Below are positions 49,850-59,438 of a stretch of DNA of 64,000 nt, in pieces. The notes below the pieces were generated by a model. The model saw only the letters and a list, made by a program, of their open reading frames with translations. It was not told the origin of the DNA and searched no databases. The stretch is from Candidatus Binatia bacterium (GTDB lineage: Bacteria; Desulfobacterota; Binatia; HRBIN30): assembly GCA_038245295.1 (NCBI GenBank), contig JBBRSP010000001.1, positions 392,632 to 456,631 on the forward strand, given 5' to 3'. Within the stretch, counting starts at the first letter, position 1, and every line of letters begins with the position of its first letter. Both the position numbers and the translations under genes were made by a program.

Positions 49850-50884
49850 ATGTTGCGAGCTCGATCATCGTTCCTGACGACTGTTGGCTGTGTTCTGTGG
49901 CTTGGCTTGGCGCCTGCGGCGCATGCCTACTCGACGGGGTCCATCACGACCTGGTTCCCCGACCAGGCAACCGGCTGCAACAATGCCGCCTGCCACAGTG
50001 GTGGCACGACGCCGACGGTGACGGTGAGTGGTCCCACGGCGGTCGCGCCGGGCTCGACCAACACCTACACGGTGACGGTTTCCAACCCGGGCCTGCAAAA
50101 AGCGGCGGGGCTCAACGTGTCGGCGCCTTTGGGGCAGCTGGCGATCGGCGGCCCCGATGCCGCCAACACGAAGACGGTTCTCAACGGAGCTCTCGATGAG
50201 GTGACGCACACGGCGCCGAAGCTTGGGACGGCGGGCCTTACGACGTTCTCCTTCGATTGGACCGCGCCGGCGTTGTTCAGCAGCGCGGGACTCAATGTGT
50301 GGGGCAACGCCGTTGACCTCGGCCTGACCTCGCTGGGCGACGCCGCGGCGAAGTCGACGCTGAGCGTCAGCAACAACACGTTGTGCCCGGCCGTTCCGCG
50401 CAGCTGCATTGCGCCACTGAAGAGTGTGCTCACCATCACCAGTAAAGTTACGACGACGTCGACGAAGCAGACGATCAACTTCGCCTGGCGCAAGGGGCCA
50501 ACGACGGCGGTGAGCGACTTCTCGACGCCGACGGCGAACACGCCGTATGCGCTGTGTCTCTATGTCGATTCCAACCTGTTGGCGCAGATGGGTGTGCCCG
50601 CCGGTCTGGCCTGGACGGCCAATCCCAAGGGGTTCCGCTACAAGGACAAGACGGCGCCGCAGCTGCAAGCCATGAGCCTGGCGATCGGCACCTCGCCCGA
50701 CAAGGCGGTGATCACCACCAAGGGCAAGAACACTTCGCTTGGCCTGCCGACGATGTTGCCTGCCCCCACCACGTCGATCATCGTGCAGGTTGCCAACGGT
50801 GAAAACGGCATGTGCTGGGGTGAGCAGTACAGTGGTCTGGCGATCACGAAGATCGCCGTCGACAAGTTGGTCGCGAAGCACTAG
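49850..50884 (+). CDS. Secreted protein with CX4CH motif and Reeler-like beta domain
   Basis: Signal peptide (AHA), GCNNAACH, EVTHTAPK, FSFDWTAP; C-terminal FAWRKG..YALCLY domain. Confidence 0.65.
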   Translation: MLRARSSFLTTVGCVLWLGLAPAAHAYSTGSITTWFPDQATGCNNAACHSGGTTPTVTVSGPTAVAPGSTNTYTVTVSNPGLQKAAGLNVSAPLGQLAIGGPDAANTKTVLNGALDEVTHTAPKLGTAGLTTFSFDWTAPALFSSAGLNVWGNAVDLGLTSLGDAAAKSTLSVSNNTLCPAVPRSCIAPLKSVLTITSKVTTTSTKQTINFAWRKGPTTAVSDFSTPTANTPYALCLYVDSNLLAQMGVPAGLAWTANPKGFRYKDKTAPQLQAMSLAIGTSPDKAVITTKGKNTSLGLPTMLPAPTTSIIVQVANGENGMCWGEQYSGLAITKIAVDKLVAKH

Positions 50885-50997
50885 CGGCGGCGCGGATCGT
50901 TCCGCGCCGCGCCCGATCGCGGCTGCCGCACCAGAACCCTTGCTTTCGAATGCCTGGCGGAGCACAAACGTGCCCGTAGCAGTCACTGAGGGTTCGA

Positions 50998-52920
50998 ATG
51001 TCATGTGCCGAAGCAGCGTTCCAGAGGTCTGTTCCCAGCGTGCCGCCCTGGCGGTGGGTCCTGTCGTGCCTGGCGGCAATGATTCTGCTCGGACGGTCCC
51101 CCGCGGCTGCCTGCACGGGCGATTGCAACGGCGATGGCGAGGTCACCGTCGACGAGATCCTTGTTGGCGTAAATGTCGCGCTGGACCGCACAGCGCTGCC
51201 GACTTGTCCGAGTCTAGACGGTGATCAGAACGGCCGGGTGACGGTCGATGAGCTCATCAGCGCGGTGCGCGCGGCGTTGCAGGGCTGCCCCACGCCGCCA
51301 ACCCCGACTGCGACGCCGGTACCGTTGCCGGCGTTCAGCGATGTCACGGCGGCAGCTGGGGTTGAATACCTCCAGTATGTGTTGCCGCGTATCGCGCCGA
51401 TCAGCGAAGCTGAATACTACTCCGGCGGTGCCGCGGCCGGCGACTATGATGGGGACGGTTGGGTCGACCTCTACGTGACACGTCTCGATGCGCCGGCGAT
51501 CCTATTTCACAACCAGGGCGACGGTACATTTGAGGACCGCAGCGAGCCGGTGATCGGCACGCTGAGGCGCAATTGGAACGGCGCGGCATGGGGCGACATC
51601 GACAACGACGGCGATCTCGATCTTTACGTCACGGCGCTGAACGACACACGCCACTATCTGTTCATCAACGATGGCGCCGGGCACCTTACCGAGCAGGCGG
51701 AGCTGCGCAACGCCGCCATCCCGGACCCCGGCGGCCATTACGGATTCAGCGTGGCGTTCGGCGACTTCGACCGCGACGGCTACCTCGATGTGGCGGTGGG
51801 GCAGTGGCTCTTTCCAGTCGGCTCCGAGCCATCGAAGGCCGGCGTGCGGTTGCTGCATAATCGCGGCGCCGCGGCGCCGGGATATTTTGACGATGTAACG
51901 TCGGCGGCAGGCCTCGAGGCGGAGCGCACGCGGCCAATTCCGAATCACACCGGTGCCAGCTTTCAGTTCACGCCACGATTTGCCGATCTCGACGATGACG
52001 GCTGGCCGGATCTCGCGATGACCGCCGACTTCGGCACCAGCCGACTGTTCTGGAACAATCACGACGGAACCTTCCTTGACGGCACGCTGGCGGCCGGCGT
52101 CGGGAGCGACGAAAACGGCATGGGAGCGACGATTGGCGACTACGACGGCGATGGGCGGCTTGATTGGTTTGTGACGTCGATCTTCGATCCCGACAACTAC
52201 TGTGCGTTGTTGGGGCTGACGTGTTCGTGGGGCAGGACAGGCAACCGTCTCTATCACAACGACGGTCAACGGCGGTTCTCGGATCGAACCGACGCGGCCG
52301 GCGTGCGTGACGGCTATTGGGGCTGGGGCACGGCGTTCTTCGACTACGACAACGACGGCGATCTCGATCTGACGATGACCAACGGCTTGCGCTACGGCTT
52401 CGCGGCACCCGACGATCCGAATCTGCTCGTCATCAGTCGCTTCCTCAACGATCCGATGCGCCTGTGGCGCAACGACGGTGCGACGATGAGCGAGGTGTCG
52501 GCGGCCAGTGGCATGACGAGTCTGGAATCCGGCAAGGGTCTGCTGACCTTCGACTACGACAACGATGGCGACGTCGATGTGTTCGTCGTCAACAACACGG
52601 GATACCCGGTGCTGTATCGCAACAACGCGCAGGGCAATACGTGGCTGAGCGTCAAGCTGATCGGCACCGACACCAACCGCGACGCGATCGGCGCGCGTGT
52701 CTGGGTGACGGCCGAAGCCGGCGGCCCGTCGCAGCTACGCGAGATCGACGGCGGCAGCCATTACCTGGCGCAAAGCGAGTTCACCGCCCACTTCGGTCTC
52801 GGCGCCGGCACCGAGCCGGTCGCCGAGGTACGAGTCGAATGGCCCAAGACCGGCCGCGTACAACGTTTCGAGAACGTCGCGCGCAATACGAAGCTGATCG
52901 TCGAGGAGCCGGCAGACTAG
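50998..52920 (+). CDS. CRTAC1/ASPIC-UnbV family FG-GAP repeat protein with N-terminal dockerin/EF-hand-like module
   Basis: CTGDCNGDGEVTVDE; multiple DxDxDGxxDL repeats; NRDAIGARV...HFGLG. Confidence 0.88.
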   Translation: MSCAEAAFQRSVPSVPPWRWVLSCLAAMILLGRSPAAACTGDCNGDGEVTVDEILVGVNVALDRTALPTCPSLDGDQNGRVTVDELISAVRAALQGCPTPPTPTATPVPLPAFSDVTAAAGVEYLQYVLPRIAPISEAEYYSGGAAAGDYDGDGWVDLYVTRLDAPAILFHNQGDGTFEDRSEPVIGTLRRNWNGAAWGDIDNDGDLDLYVTALNDTRHYLFINDGAGHLTEQAELRNAAIPDPGGHYGFSVAFGDFDRDGYLDVAVGQWLFPVGSEPSKAGVRLLHNRGAAAPGYFDDVTSAAGLEAERTRPIPNHTGASFQFTPRFADLDDDGWPDLAMTADFGTSRLFWNNHDGTFLDGTLAAGVGSDENGMGATIGDYDGDGRLDWFVTSIFDPDNYCALLGLTCSWGRTGNRLYHNDGQRRFSDRTDAAGVRDGYWGWGTAFFDYDNDGDLDLTMTNGLRYGFAAPDDPNLLVISRFLNDPMRLWRNDGATMSEVSAASGMTSLESGKGLLTFDYDNDGDVDVFVVNNTGYPVLYRNNAQGNTWLSVKLIGTDTNRDAIGARVWVTAEAGGPSQLREIDGGSHYLAQSEFTAHFGLGAGTEPVAEVRVEWPKTGRVQRFENVARNTKLIVEEPAD

Positions 52921-52924
52921 ACTA

Positions 52925-53007
52925 CCCCGCGCCCGCGCCCGCCCGTGCCCGTGCCCCTGCCCGTGTTCGGACGCGGGCGGGGGCAGGGGCAGGGGCACGG
53001 GCGGGGG
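52925..53007. repeat. Palindromic GCCCNN/NNGGGC hexamer array
   Basis: C-rich hexamer run, short loop, G-rich hexamer run; no gene inside. Confidence 0.85.
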
Positions 53008-53047
53008 AGTATGGCGTCACACCCACCACCTGACCTATCGTCGGGCG

Positions 53048-53920
53048 ATGAAATTGCATCGCATGGTTCGAGGCGTCCAGGTGCCGGCCTTCTTCTACGG
53101 CACGGCCTGGAAAGAGGAGCGCACCCGTGAGCTCACCGAGTTAGCCCTCAGCGCCGGCTTCCGCGCCATCGATACGGCCAATCAGCGCAAGCACTATCTC
53201 GAGGCGGGTGTCGGCGACGCGGTCGCCGCGGCGATTGCCGCCGGCCGGTGCACACGCGGTGATCTGTTCCTGGAAACCAAGTTCACCTACGCGCGCGGCC
53301 AGGACCATCGTCTGCCATACGATCCGGCGGCCGATACGACGACCCAGGTGGCCCAATCGTTTGCCAGCTCGTTGGAGCATCTGCACACCGACTACGTCGA
53401 TGCGTTGTTGCTGCACGGGCCGTCACACACGAAGGGCATCAGCCCGAGTGACTGGCAGGCCTGGCACGCCATGGAAGAGCTGGCCCAAACGGGCAAGGCT
53501 CGACTCCTCGGGATCAGCAACGTCTCCCTCGATCAGCTCACCGCTCTCGAAGCGGGGGCACGTATGAAACCTGCTTTCGTACAGAACCGTTGTTACGCTC
53601 GTGGTGGATGGGACCGCGAGGTGCGCGCCTTCTGTCGCGCCCATGACATCGCCTACCAGGGCTTCTCGCTGCTGACCGCCAATCAGCGCGAGCTGACACG
53701 ACCGGCAATGACGCAGATCGCCCGCCGCGTGCAGCGACCGGTGTCTGCTGTTGTCTTTTGCTTCGCCCTGCAAGTCGGGATGATCCCGCTGACCGGCACG
53801 ACGAGCCTGGCGCACATGCACGACGATCTCGCGAGCTTCGATTTCGAGCTATCAGCCGACGAGCTTCGCAGCGTGGAGGAGATTGGCGATCAACCGGCGC
53901 TCGGCAACGCCGCAGGCTGA
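53048..53920 (+). CDS. Aldo/keto reductase family protein
   Basis: YGTAW, GFRAIDTA, LFLETK, LLHGP, LGISN. Confidence 0.9.
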   Translation: MKLHRMVRGVQVPAFFYGTAWKEERTRELTELALSAGFRAIDTANQRKHYLEAGVGDAVAAAIAAGRCTRGDLFLETKFTYARGQDHRLPYDPAADTTTQVAQSFASSLEHLHTDYVDALLLHGPSHTKGISPSDWQAWHAMEELAQTGKARLLGISNVSLDQLTALEAGARMKPAFVQNRCYARGGWDREVRAFCRAHDIAYQGFSLLTANQRELTRPAMTQIARRVQRPVSAVVFCFALQVGMIPLTGTTSLAHMHDDLASFDFELSADELRSVEEIGDQPALGNAAG

Positions 53921-53990
53921 AGCCTGCGCCTACCACGCGGCATCCGCGGGGCAAGATGGAACTGGTAGGCGCAGGCTTCAGCCTGCGGCG
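53908..53990. repeat. GTAG-class REP pair (perfect 28-bp inverted repeat)
   Basis: CGCCGCAGGCTGAAGCCTGCGCCTACCA (53908-53935) and exact reverse complement (53963-53990). Confidence 0.9.
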
Positions 53991-54153
53991 CACGTTGAGG
54001 CGGATCAATGGGCAAACGGCATCACCGCTTCCCTAACGTTTGCGCGCCGGTGCGAGCGGCAAGACAGGACCGCAGCGATCCACAAGCCAACCGCACGCCA
54101 GGGACTTGCCATCTTTCCCCGGAGCAGACACTGAAGAGCGTCATGGAGGCGAG

Positions 54154-55194
54154 ATGATCTTCGAACAGATCGTTACCGGCGGCTGCCAGTCGTATCTGGT
54201 GGGTTGTGACCAAACCTGCGGCGCGGCGCTGATCGACCCCGAGATCACGCAGATCGACCGCTACCTGGCGCTCGCCGCACGCGACGGCCTGCGTATTCGC
54301 TACCTCATCGACACACACACCCACGCCGATCACTTCTCGGCGACGCGCGAGCTGGCACGCCAGCTCGGCGCGCCGGTTGTCATGCATCGCCTGAGCCCGG
54401 CGCCGTTTGCGGCGATGCGAGTCGACGATGGGGAGATGATCGTGCTCGGCCGTTTGCGATTGCAGGTCCTGCACACCCCGGGGCATACGCGTGACTCGAT
54501 GTGTATACTCGTCGACGACCGCCTGTTTACCGGCGACGCCCTGCTCATCGGCGCCACCGGGCGCACCGATCTGCCGGGTGGCAACCCGGAGGAGCTTTAC
54601 GACAGCCTGTTCTCCGGCATCCTGCGCCTGCCTCCCGAGACCGTGGTGTTTCCAGCCCACGACTACAAAAGCCGCGGTCATTCGACGATTGCCCAGGAGC
54701 TCGCCGAGAACCCGCGACTGCAACAGCGTGACCGCGGTACCTTCGTCGAAATGATGAACCATCTCAGCCTCAGCATGCCGACCCACATCACTGAAGCCCT
54801 GCGCACCAACATGAATGGCGGCAAGACGGTAGCCCAGATGCTCTCCGAAGCGGCGGCCACGGTTCCGTTCATGTCGCTGACCGAGCTCCAGGCACGCCTG
54901 GCGGCGGACAACGAAAGCCTCGTCGTGCTCGATGTACGCGAGCGCGACGCGTACGAGGCGGGGCATATCCCAGGCGCACGATTGCTACCGCGCGGCCAGT
55001 TGGAAATGCGCGTCGACACCGAGCTGCCGGATCCGACACGCCGCATCCTGGCCTACTGCGAGCTCGGCCTCATCTCGACGCTCGCGGCAGCGACCCTGCA
55101 CGAGATGGGTTTCCAACGCGCCCTGGCGTTGGATGGCGGGATGAAAGCCTGGCGCGAGGGTGGATTCCCGATCAAAGCGGGAAAGGAAGCCTAA
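54154..55194 (+). CDS. MBL-fold persulfide dioxygenase (ETHE1-like) fused to rhodanese
   Basis: THTHADH, HTPGH, FTGD, GRTD, PAHDY; C-terminal LDVRE..YCELG. Confidence 0.88.
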   Translation: MIFEQIVTGGCQSYLVGCDQTCGAALIDPEITQIDRYLALAARDGLRIRYLIDTHTHADHFSATRELARQLGAPVVMHRLSPAPFAAMRVDDGEMIVLGRLRLQVLHTPGHTRDSMCILVDDRLFTGDALLIGATGRTDLPGGNPEELYDSLFSGILRLPPETVVFPAHDYKSRGHSTIAQELAENPRLQQRDRGTFVEMMNHLSLSMPTHITEALRTNMNGGKTVAQMLSEAAATVPFMSLTELQARLAADNESLVVLDVRERDAYEAGHIPGARLLPRGQLEMRVDTELPDPTRRILAYCELGLISTLAAATLHEMGFQRALALDGGMKAWREGGFPIKAGKEA

Positions 55195-55229
55195 CGCCCC
55201 CGCCCCCGCCCCCGCCCGTGCCCGTGCCC
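55195..55229. repeat. GCCCNN hexamer run between convergent genes
   Basis: CGCCCCCGCCCCCGCCCCCGCCCGTGCCCGTGCCC. Confidence 0.8.
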
Positions 55230-55278
55230 ACGTCAGATCCGGATCCGTCTCTAACTTCTACGCAGGCGAGGGCGGAGG

Positions 55279-56979
55279 CTACGCCTTCATCTCATACGCT
55301 CCATCGAGAGCCAGCACATGCTCTTTCCAGACCGCGTCGTAACGTCGCGCGTCTCCAGCCGGCTTCTTGATCATCTGCAGGCAGAGTCGCATCTGCTCCG
55401 GCGTGCTGTTCGGCTTGTTGTGCAGCTGCAGCGCGAACTCGGAAAAGTCGCGGACGAGGAAGTCGAAGATCTGATCGATGACATCGGTTGCCGTCTCGTA
55501 GATGCGCGCGTTCTCCAGAATGAGCTGAGCGTAGACCACGAGCGCGAACAGCTCACCGCCGCTCAGCAGGAAGTCGGTATCCTTCATCTGGTCGCCATTC
55601 GGAGGAGCACTGGCGAGCATCTCACGGAAGGCGTCGACCTGTTCGGCGAACACCTTGACGTTGGGTTGATCGAAGGACGCGAGAACGGTGCGATAGTCGT
55701 GGAAGCGGATACTGCTGAGTCCTTTGGCGGCACCCTGCTCAAACAGGAAATCGTCGTTCGTCGCGTCGTCGCGCCGCGGCACAGCCGGAAAATCGGCGGG
55801 GGCGAAGAAAAAGTTCGGCATGAACTTTAAGATCAGGGCGATGTTGACATGCACTGTGCCCTCGAGTTTGGGCAGGCCGCGAATTTCGACGGCGGCTTGT
55901 TCGAAGTACATGCTCTTTTCGAACCCCTTGGCGGCGATGACGTCCCACAGCAGATTGATGACCCGTTCACCTTCCGTGGTGACCTTCATCTTGACCATCG
56001 GATTGTAGAGCAGGTAGCGGCGGTCGTCGGCCGAGGCGCTGCGCATGTAGTCGCAGGCGCGCAGGGCGAACAGCTTCATGGCCACCAGGCGCGCGTAGGC
56101 ATCGACGAACATGCGCTTGACGTGCGGGAAGTCGGTGACGCGCATCTTATAGAGGTGGCGATTGTGCGCGTGGGCGACGGCTTCGTAGAGCGCGTGGGTG
56201 CAGATGCCGATCGAGGCCCAGCCGAGATTGTACTTGCCGATATTGACCGTGTTGAGCGCGGCGTCCCAGGCGGCGCGGCCTTTGTGCAGGATATCGGCTT
56301 CGGTCAGCGGGTAATCGCGCAGCTCGAACTCGGAGACATAGTTCTGGCTGGCGACGACGTTCTGCTTGCACTCGTAGTTCTTGTGCGTCGAGTCGGCGGC
56401 GAAGAAGACGTAGTCGTCGGAGCCGGCGAGCTTTCCGAAGGTAGAGACGATGGCCGCCTTGTTGCCGTTGCCGATGTAGTACTTGCTGCCGCTGGCGCTG
56501 TAGACGCCTTCGTCGCGCGGCGTCAGGATCATATCGGTGGAGTAGATGTCGGCGCCGTGTGTCTTCTCCGACAGACCGAAGGCGAAGATGCCGCCCTCGT
56601 CGAGCAACCGCGCCGCCCGCTGCTTGATCGCTTCGTTGTCGCTCATCCAGATCGGCCCAAGCCCGAGCACGGAGACCTGCCAGGTGTACCAATAACCGAG
56701 CCCGTAGAAGCCAAGGATCTCGGCAAACTCGCAGATGCGCCAGGTATCCCAGCGCGAATCGGCCGCCCCGTAGCCGGCCGGCGTGCACATCGTCGCGAAG
56801 ATCTTCTCGCGCTTCACAAAGTCGAGGAAGTCGGCGTACCAGACCTGGGCGTGGTAATCCTCCTTGAGGCGGCGCTTGCCCTTGGCTTCGAAGAACGCAA
56901 TCGTCTTCTGCATCACCTGCTGCGAGCGATTGTCGGAATAGGCGCGCGGGCCACGCTTCGGGTTCAATAGGATTTCCAA
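55279..56979 (-). CDS. Acyl-CoA dehydrogenase family protein
   Basis: AFGLSE..GAD, GSKYYIGNG, KLEGT; GGAGG before TTG start. Confidence 0.9.
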   Translation of the reverse strand: MEILLNPKRGPRAYSDNRSQQVMQKTIAFFEAKGKRRLKEDYHAQVWYADFLDFVKREKIFATMCTPAGYGAADSRWDTWRICEFAEILGFYGLGYWYTWQVSVLGLGPIWMSDNEAIKQRAARLLDEGGIFAFGLSEKTHGADIYSTDMILTPRDEGVYSASGSKYYIGNGNKAAIVSTFGKLAGSDDYVFFAADSTHKNYECKQNVVASQNYVSEFELRDYPLTEADILHKGRAAWDAALNTVNIGKYNLGWASIGICTHALYEAVAHAHNRHLYKMRVTDFPHVKRMFVDAYARLVAMKLFALRACDYMRSASADDRRYLLYNPMVKMKVTTEGERVINLLWDVIAAKGFEKSMYFEQAAVEIRGLPKLEGTVHVNIALILKFMPNFFFAPADFPAVPRRDDATNDDFLFEQGAAKGLSSIRFHDYRTVLASFDQPNVKVFAEQVDAFREMLASAPPNGDQMKDTDFLLSGGELFALVVYAQLILENARIYETATDVIDQIFDFLVRDFSEFALQLHNKPNSTPEQMRLCLQMIKKPAGDARRYDAVWKEHVLALDGAYEMKA

Positions 56980-57153
56980 GAAACACCTCCGGAGGATTGA
57001 TCACGGCAGCCTTACGCCGTGCTGAGGATGGCGACAAGGCCTCATCCCCCGCCCGAGCCCTCGCCCCCGCCCGCACCCGCGTCTTCGGACGTCCCAACGC
57101 GCAGGTCGACGACGAAGGCGAAGACGAGGCGTGGTCTTGATCCACCGCGCTCC

Positions 57154-58281
57154 ATGGGTGATGCAGAACGGGTGACTACCGCGCCCACATCACCGCGTGT
57201 TACCGGCGTGTGCCACGTCTTTCTCGCCTACGATGTCGGTTTGGCGATCGACCTGAGTGGCGCCGAACGGCACATCAAGGCGGAGCGTGAAACACTGCGC
57301 CACAAACGCCGCGCCCCGCCGTATTTCGAATATCGACCGGCGCCGCTGCGGGTTTCGCAGGTGGGTGATCCGGTGGAGGTTGGCGAGCAACGCACCGCCG
57401 CGACCGTCGACATCGTCTTGTACGACTTCGGCGCCTTGTCAGTCGAGTACCGCCTGCCATTCGACACGACGTTGACCGAGCTCGTGGCCCTGAGTGCCGC
57501 GTTATCCGGTCACCCGGCGCTTCTCGCCGATTCGCGCCAACGCGTGGCGCGTCTGTCGCCGGTTCTGGCGCCGGCGATCAGCCAGCCGATGATCGCCGAC
57601 TTCGTTGAGCCGTATGCGGTCTTCGAGATCAACGACAGCACACCGGCGGCTCGCCCGGAGGATTTCTATACCCTGCAGGCCGATGTGGTGGCCGAGATCT
57701 TGCGCTCGGAATGCCAGCCCTTGTCGAAGGAGGAGGTCGAAGACGCGTTGAACCACCGCATCGCCTATGGCGTGGACGATGTCGTCCTGATCGATTGGGA
57801 CAGCGCGTTGCTGTTTGGCGAGGACATGGACGATGTCCTGGCTGTGCTCGAGTTCGCCAACGTAGAGTTGCTGGAGATGCGCTTCTTGGATCAGCGTCTC
57901 GATGACGCGCTCGAAGAGGCCTACGGATCGCTGACGCGCGACTCGTGGCACGGCATCCCGCTACCAGGCCTGGCGCGCCGCGCCTTGCGTCGCGTGGCGC
58001 AGCTGCAGATTGACAACGCCTTGCTGTTCGAGGGCGTCAACAACGCGCTCAAGCTACTCGGTGATCAGTATCTGGCGCGCCTGTATCGCCTCGCCTCGCG
58101 GCGCTTCCACCTGGATGAGTGGGACAGCAGCATCCTGCGCAAATTGCACGTGCTAGAGAGCATCTACGAAAAAATGTCGGACGCCTCGACCAACCGCCGC
58201 ATGGAAGTCCTCGAGTGGATCGTGATCCTGCTGATTGCGACGGAGATCGGCATCGCGTTGCTACCGGGACTGTCACGTTAG
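57154..58281 (+). CDS. Hypothetical membrane protein, RMD1/DUF155-like
   Basis: C-terminal MEVLEWIVILLIATEI; start uncertain because the upstream extension is hexamer repeat. Confidence 0.65.
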   Translation: MGDAERVTTAPTSPRVTGVCHVFLAYDVGLAIDLSGAERHIKAERETLRHKRRAPPYFEYRPAPLRVSQVGDPVEVGEQRTAATVDIVLYDFGALSVEYRLPFDTTLTELVALSAALSGHPALLADSRQRVARLSPVLAPAISQPMIADFVEPYAVFEINDSTPAARPEDFYTLQADVVAEILRSECQPLSKEEVEDALNHRIAYGVDDVVLIDWDSALLFGEDMDDVLAVLEFANVELLEMRFLDQRLDDALEEAYGSLTRDSWHGIPLPGLARRALRRVAQLQIDNALLFEGVNNALKLLGDQYLARLYRLASRRFHLDEWDSSILRKLHVLESIYEKMSDASTNRRMEVLEWIVILLIATEIGIALLPGLSR

Positions 58282-58424
58282 CGGTCCGTTGATTGGCTGG
58301 CGAACCCTTGACGGCACCCACAACCCAGGCAAGGGCAGGGGCAGGGGCGCGGGCGGGGTGGAAAACACCATCGCCGCGATCCTTCACCAGGACATCAAGA
58401 ATCGTTAGTAAGGATCGCGCACAC

Positions 58425-58509
58425 GCCGGGGTGGTGGAATTGGCAGACACAAGGGACTTAAAATCCCTTGAGACTTAGTCTCGTGCGGGTTCAAGTCCCG
58501 CCCTCGGCA
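58425..58509 (+). tRNA. tRNA-Leu (anticodon TAA), CCA not encoded
   Basis: Acceptor GCCGGGG/CCTCGGC, D arm GTGGAATTGGCAGACAC, anticodon arm AGGGA-CTTAAAA-TCCCT, long variable arm, T arm GCGGG-TTCAAGT-CCCGC, discriminator A. Confidence 0.96.
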
Positions 58510-58510
58510 T

Positions 58511-58710
58511 TCCCCCGCGCCCGCGCCCCTGCCCCCGCCTGCGTTTGTAGGGCCGAACTGGATCGAGATCTTTCCGATGTCGGGCAGGGGCGCGGGCGGG
58601 GGCAGGGGCGGGGGTTTAATGCATCCACTGCAGTCATTGATCCGGCACGGGAGGTTGACACTCTGATCGACATGAAACCCTTCGACCATGAGAAGCTGGA
58701 CGTCTATCGC
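58511..58710 (+). repeat. Hexamer-palindrome + leader + four-helix-bundle start module (other copies ~59030-59212 and 63912->64000)
   Basis: GCCCCCGCCyGCGTTTGT..GGATyGArATsTTTCCGATGT..G-rich hexamers..AATGCATCCACTGCAGTC..ATCGACATGAAACCCTTCGAyCATGA. Confidence 0.85.
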
Positions 58711-59082
58711 GCCGCATTGGCGTTCGTTCGATCGGCGAAGCGTCTCCGGCCGAAGCTGGTTCCTGGAAACGCCGAGCTCGCCGACCAACTCGACCGCGCC
58801 GCGTTGTCGGTCGTGCTCAACATCGCCGAGGGGGCAGGTGAGTTCGCCAGGCGAGAGAAGGCACGCTTCTATCGGATGGCCAGACGATCGGCGACCGAGT
58901 GCGCCGCGACGTTGGACGTTGCGCGCGAGCTCGGGTTGATCGAGCCCAGCGTGATCGATGCCGAGAAACGGAGCCTGTGGTCGATCGTTGGGATGCTGGT
59001 CGCGTTGGCAAAATCACTGGAATCACGTCCCCACCCCCCGCCCGTGCCCCCGCCCGCGTTTGTCGAGGGCGAGCCGGATTGA
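58672..59082 (+). CDS. Four helix bundle protein (23S rRNA IVP / bAvd-like fold family)
   Basis: FDHEKLDVY, LADQLDRAALSVVLNIAEG, RFYRMARRSATEC. Confidence 0.9.
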   Translation: MKPFDHEKLDVYRAALAFVRSAKRLRPKLVPGNAELADQLDRAALSVVLNIAEGAGEFARREKARFYRMARRSATECAATLDVARELGLIEPSVIDAEKRSLWSIVGMLVALAKSLESRPHPPPVPPPAFVEGEPD

Positions 59083-59176
59083 AATGTTTCCGATGTGCGG
59101 GCGGGGGCGGGGGCGCGGGATGAATGCATCCACTGCAGTCCTTGATCCGGTACGGCAGGTCGACACTATAATCGAC

Positions 59177-59212
59177 ATGAAACCCTTCGATCATGAAAAG
59201 GTGGACGTCTAA
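59177..59212 (+). pseudogene. Truncated second four-helix-bundle start (MKPFDHEKVDV*)
   Basis: Near-identical to the first 11 codons of 58672, then TAA and unrelated sequence. Confidence 0.8.
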
Positions 59213-59438
59213 AGACTCCGCGCCGAACGAGGAGCTGGCTCGTGAAGTGGTGACGAAGCTCCAGCCGGGGCCGCGCCTCGAGAACGCCTGAGAATTCTTT
59301 GGCGTCGAGCGTGCCGCGCAGTATGTCCGCCAGAGTTTCTATCGCGGCGTCCAGAGGCTGGATGCGGCGCACGTGTATGTCGGCCAGAAGGCTGATTACG
59401 TGTCTTGTGTTCCAACCTCAAACAAACGACGTTGTCAC

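Noticed and set aside
58672..59212. Diversity-generating retroelement (Avd-like gene plus repeat pair)
   Set aside because: No reverse transcriptase in the window, and differences between repeat copies are not adenine-specific
59166..59372. Integrase (LRHHFTSQLL) or HsdM (ADILRGTLDAKEF) remnant on the minus strand
   Set aside because: Short motif resemblances in a 68-aa ORF; the opposite strand looks equally coding; needs BLASTX to decide
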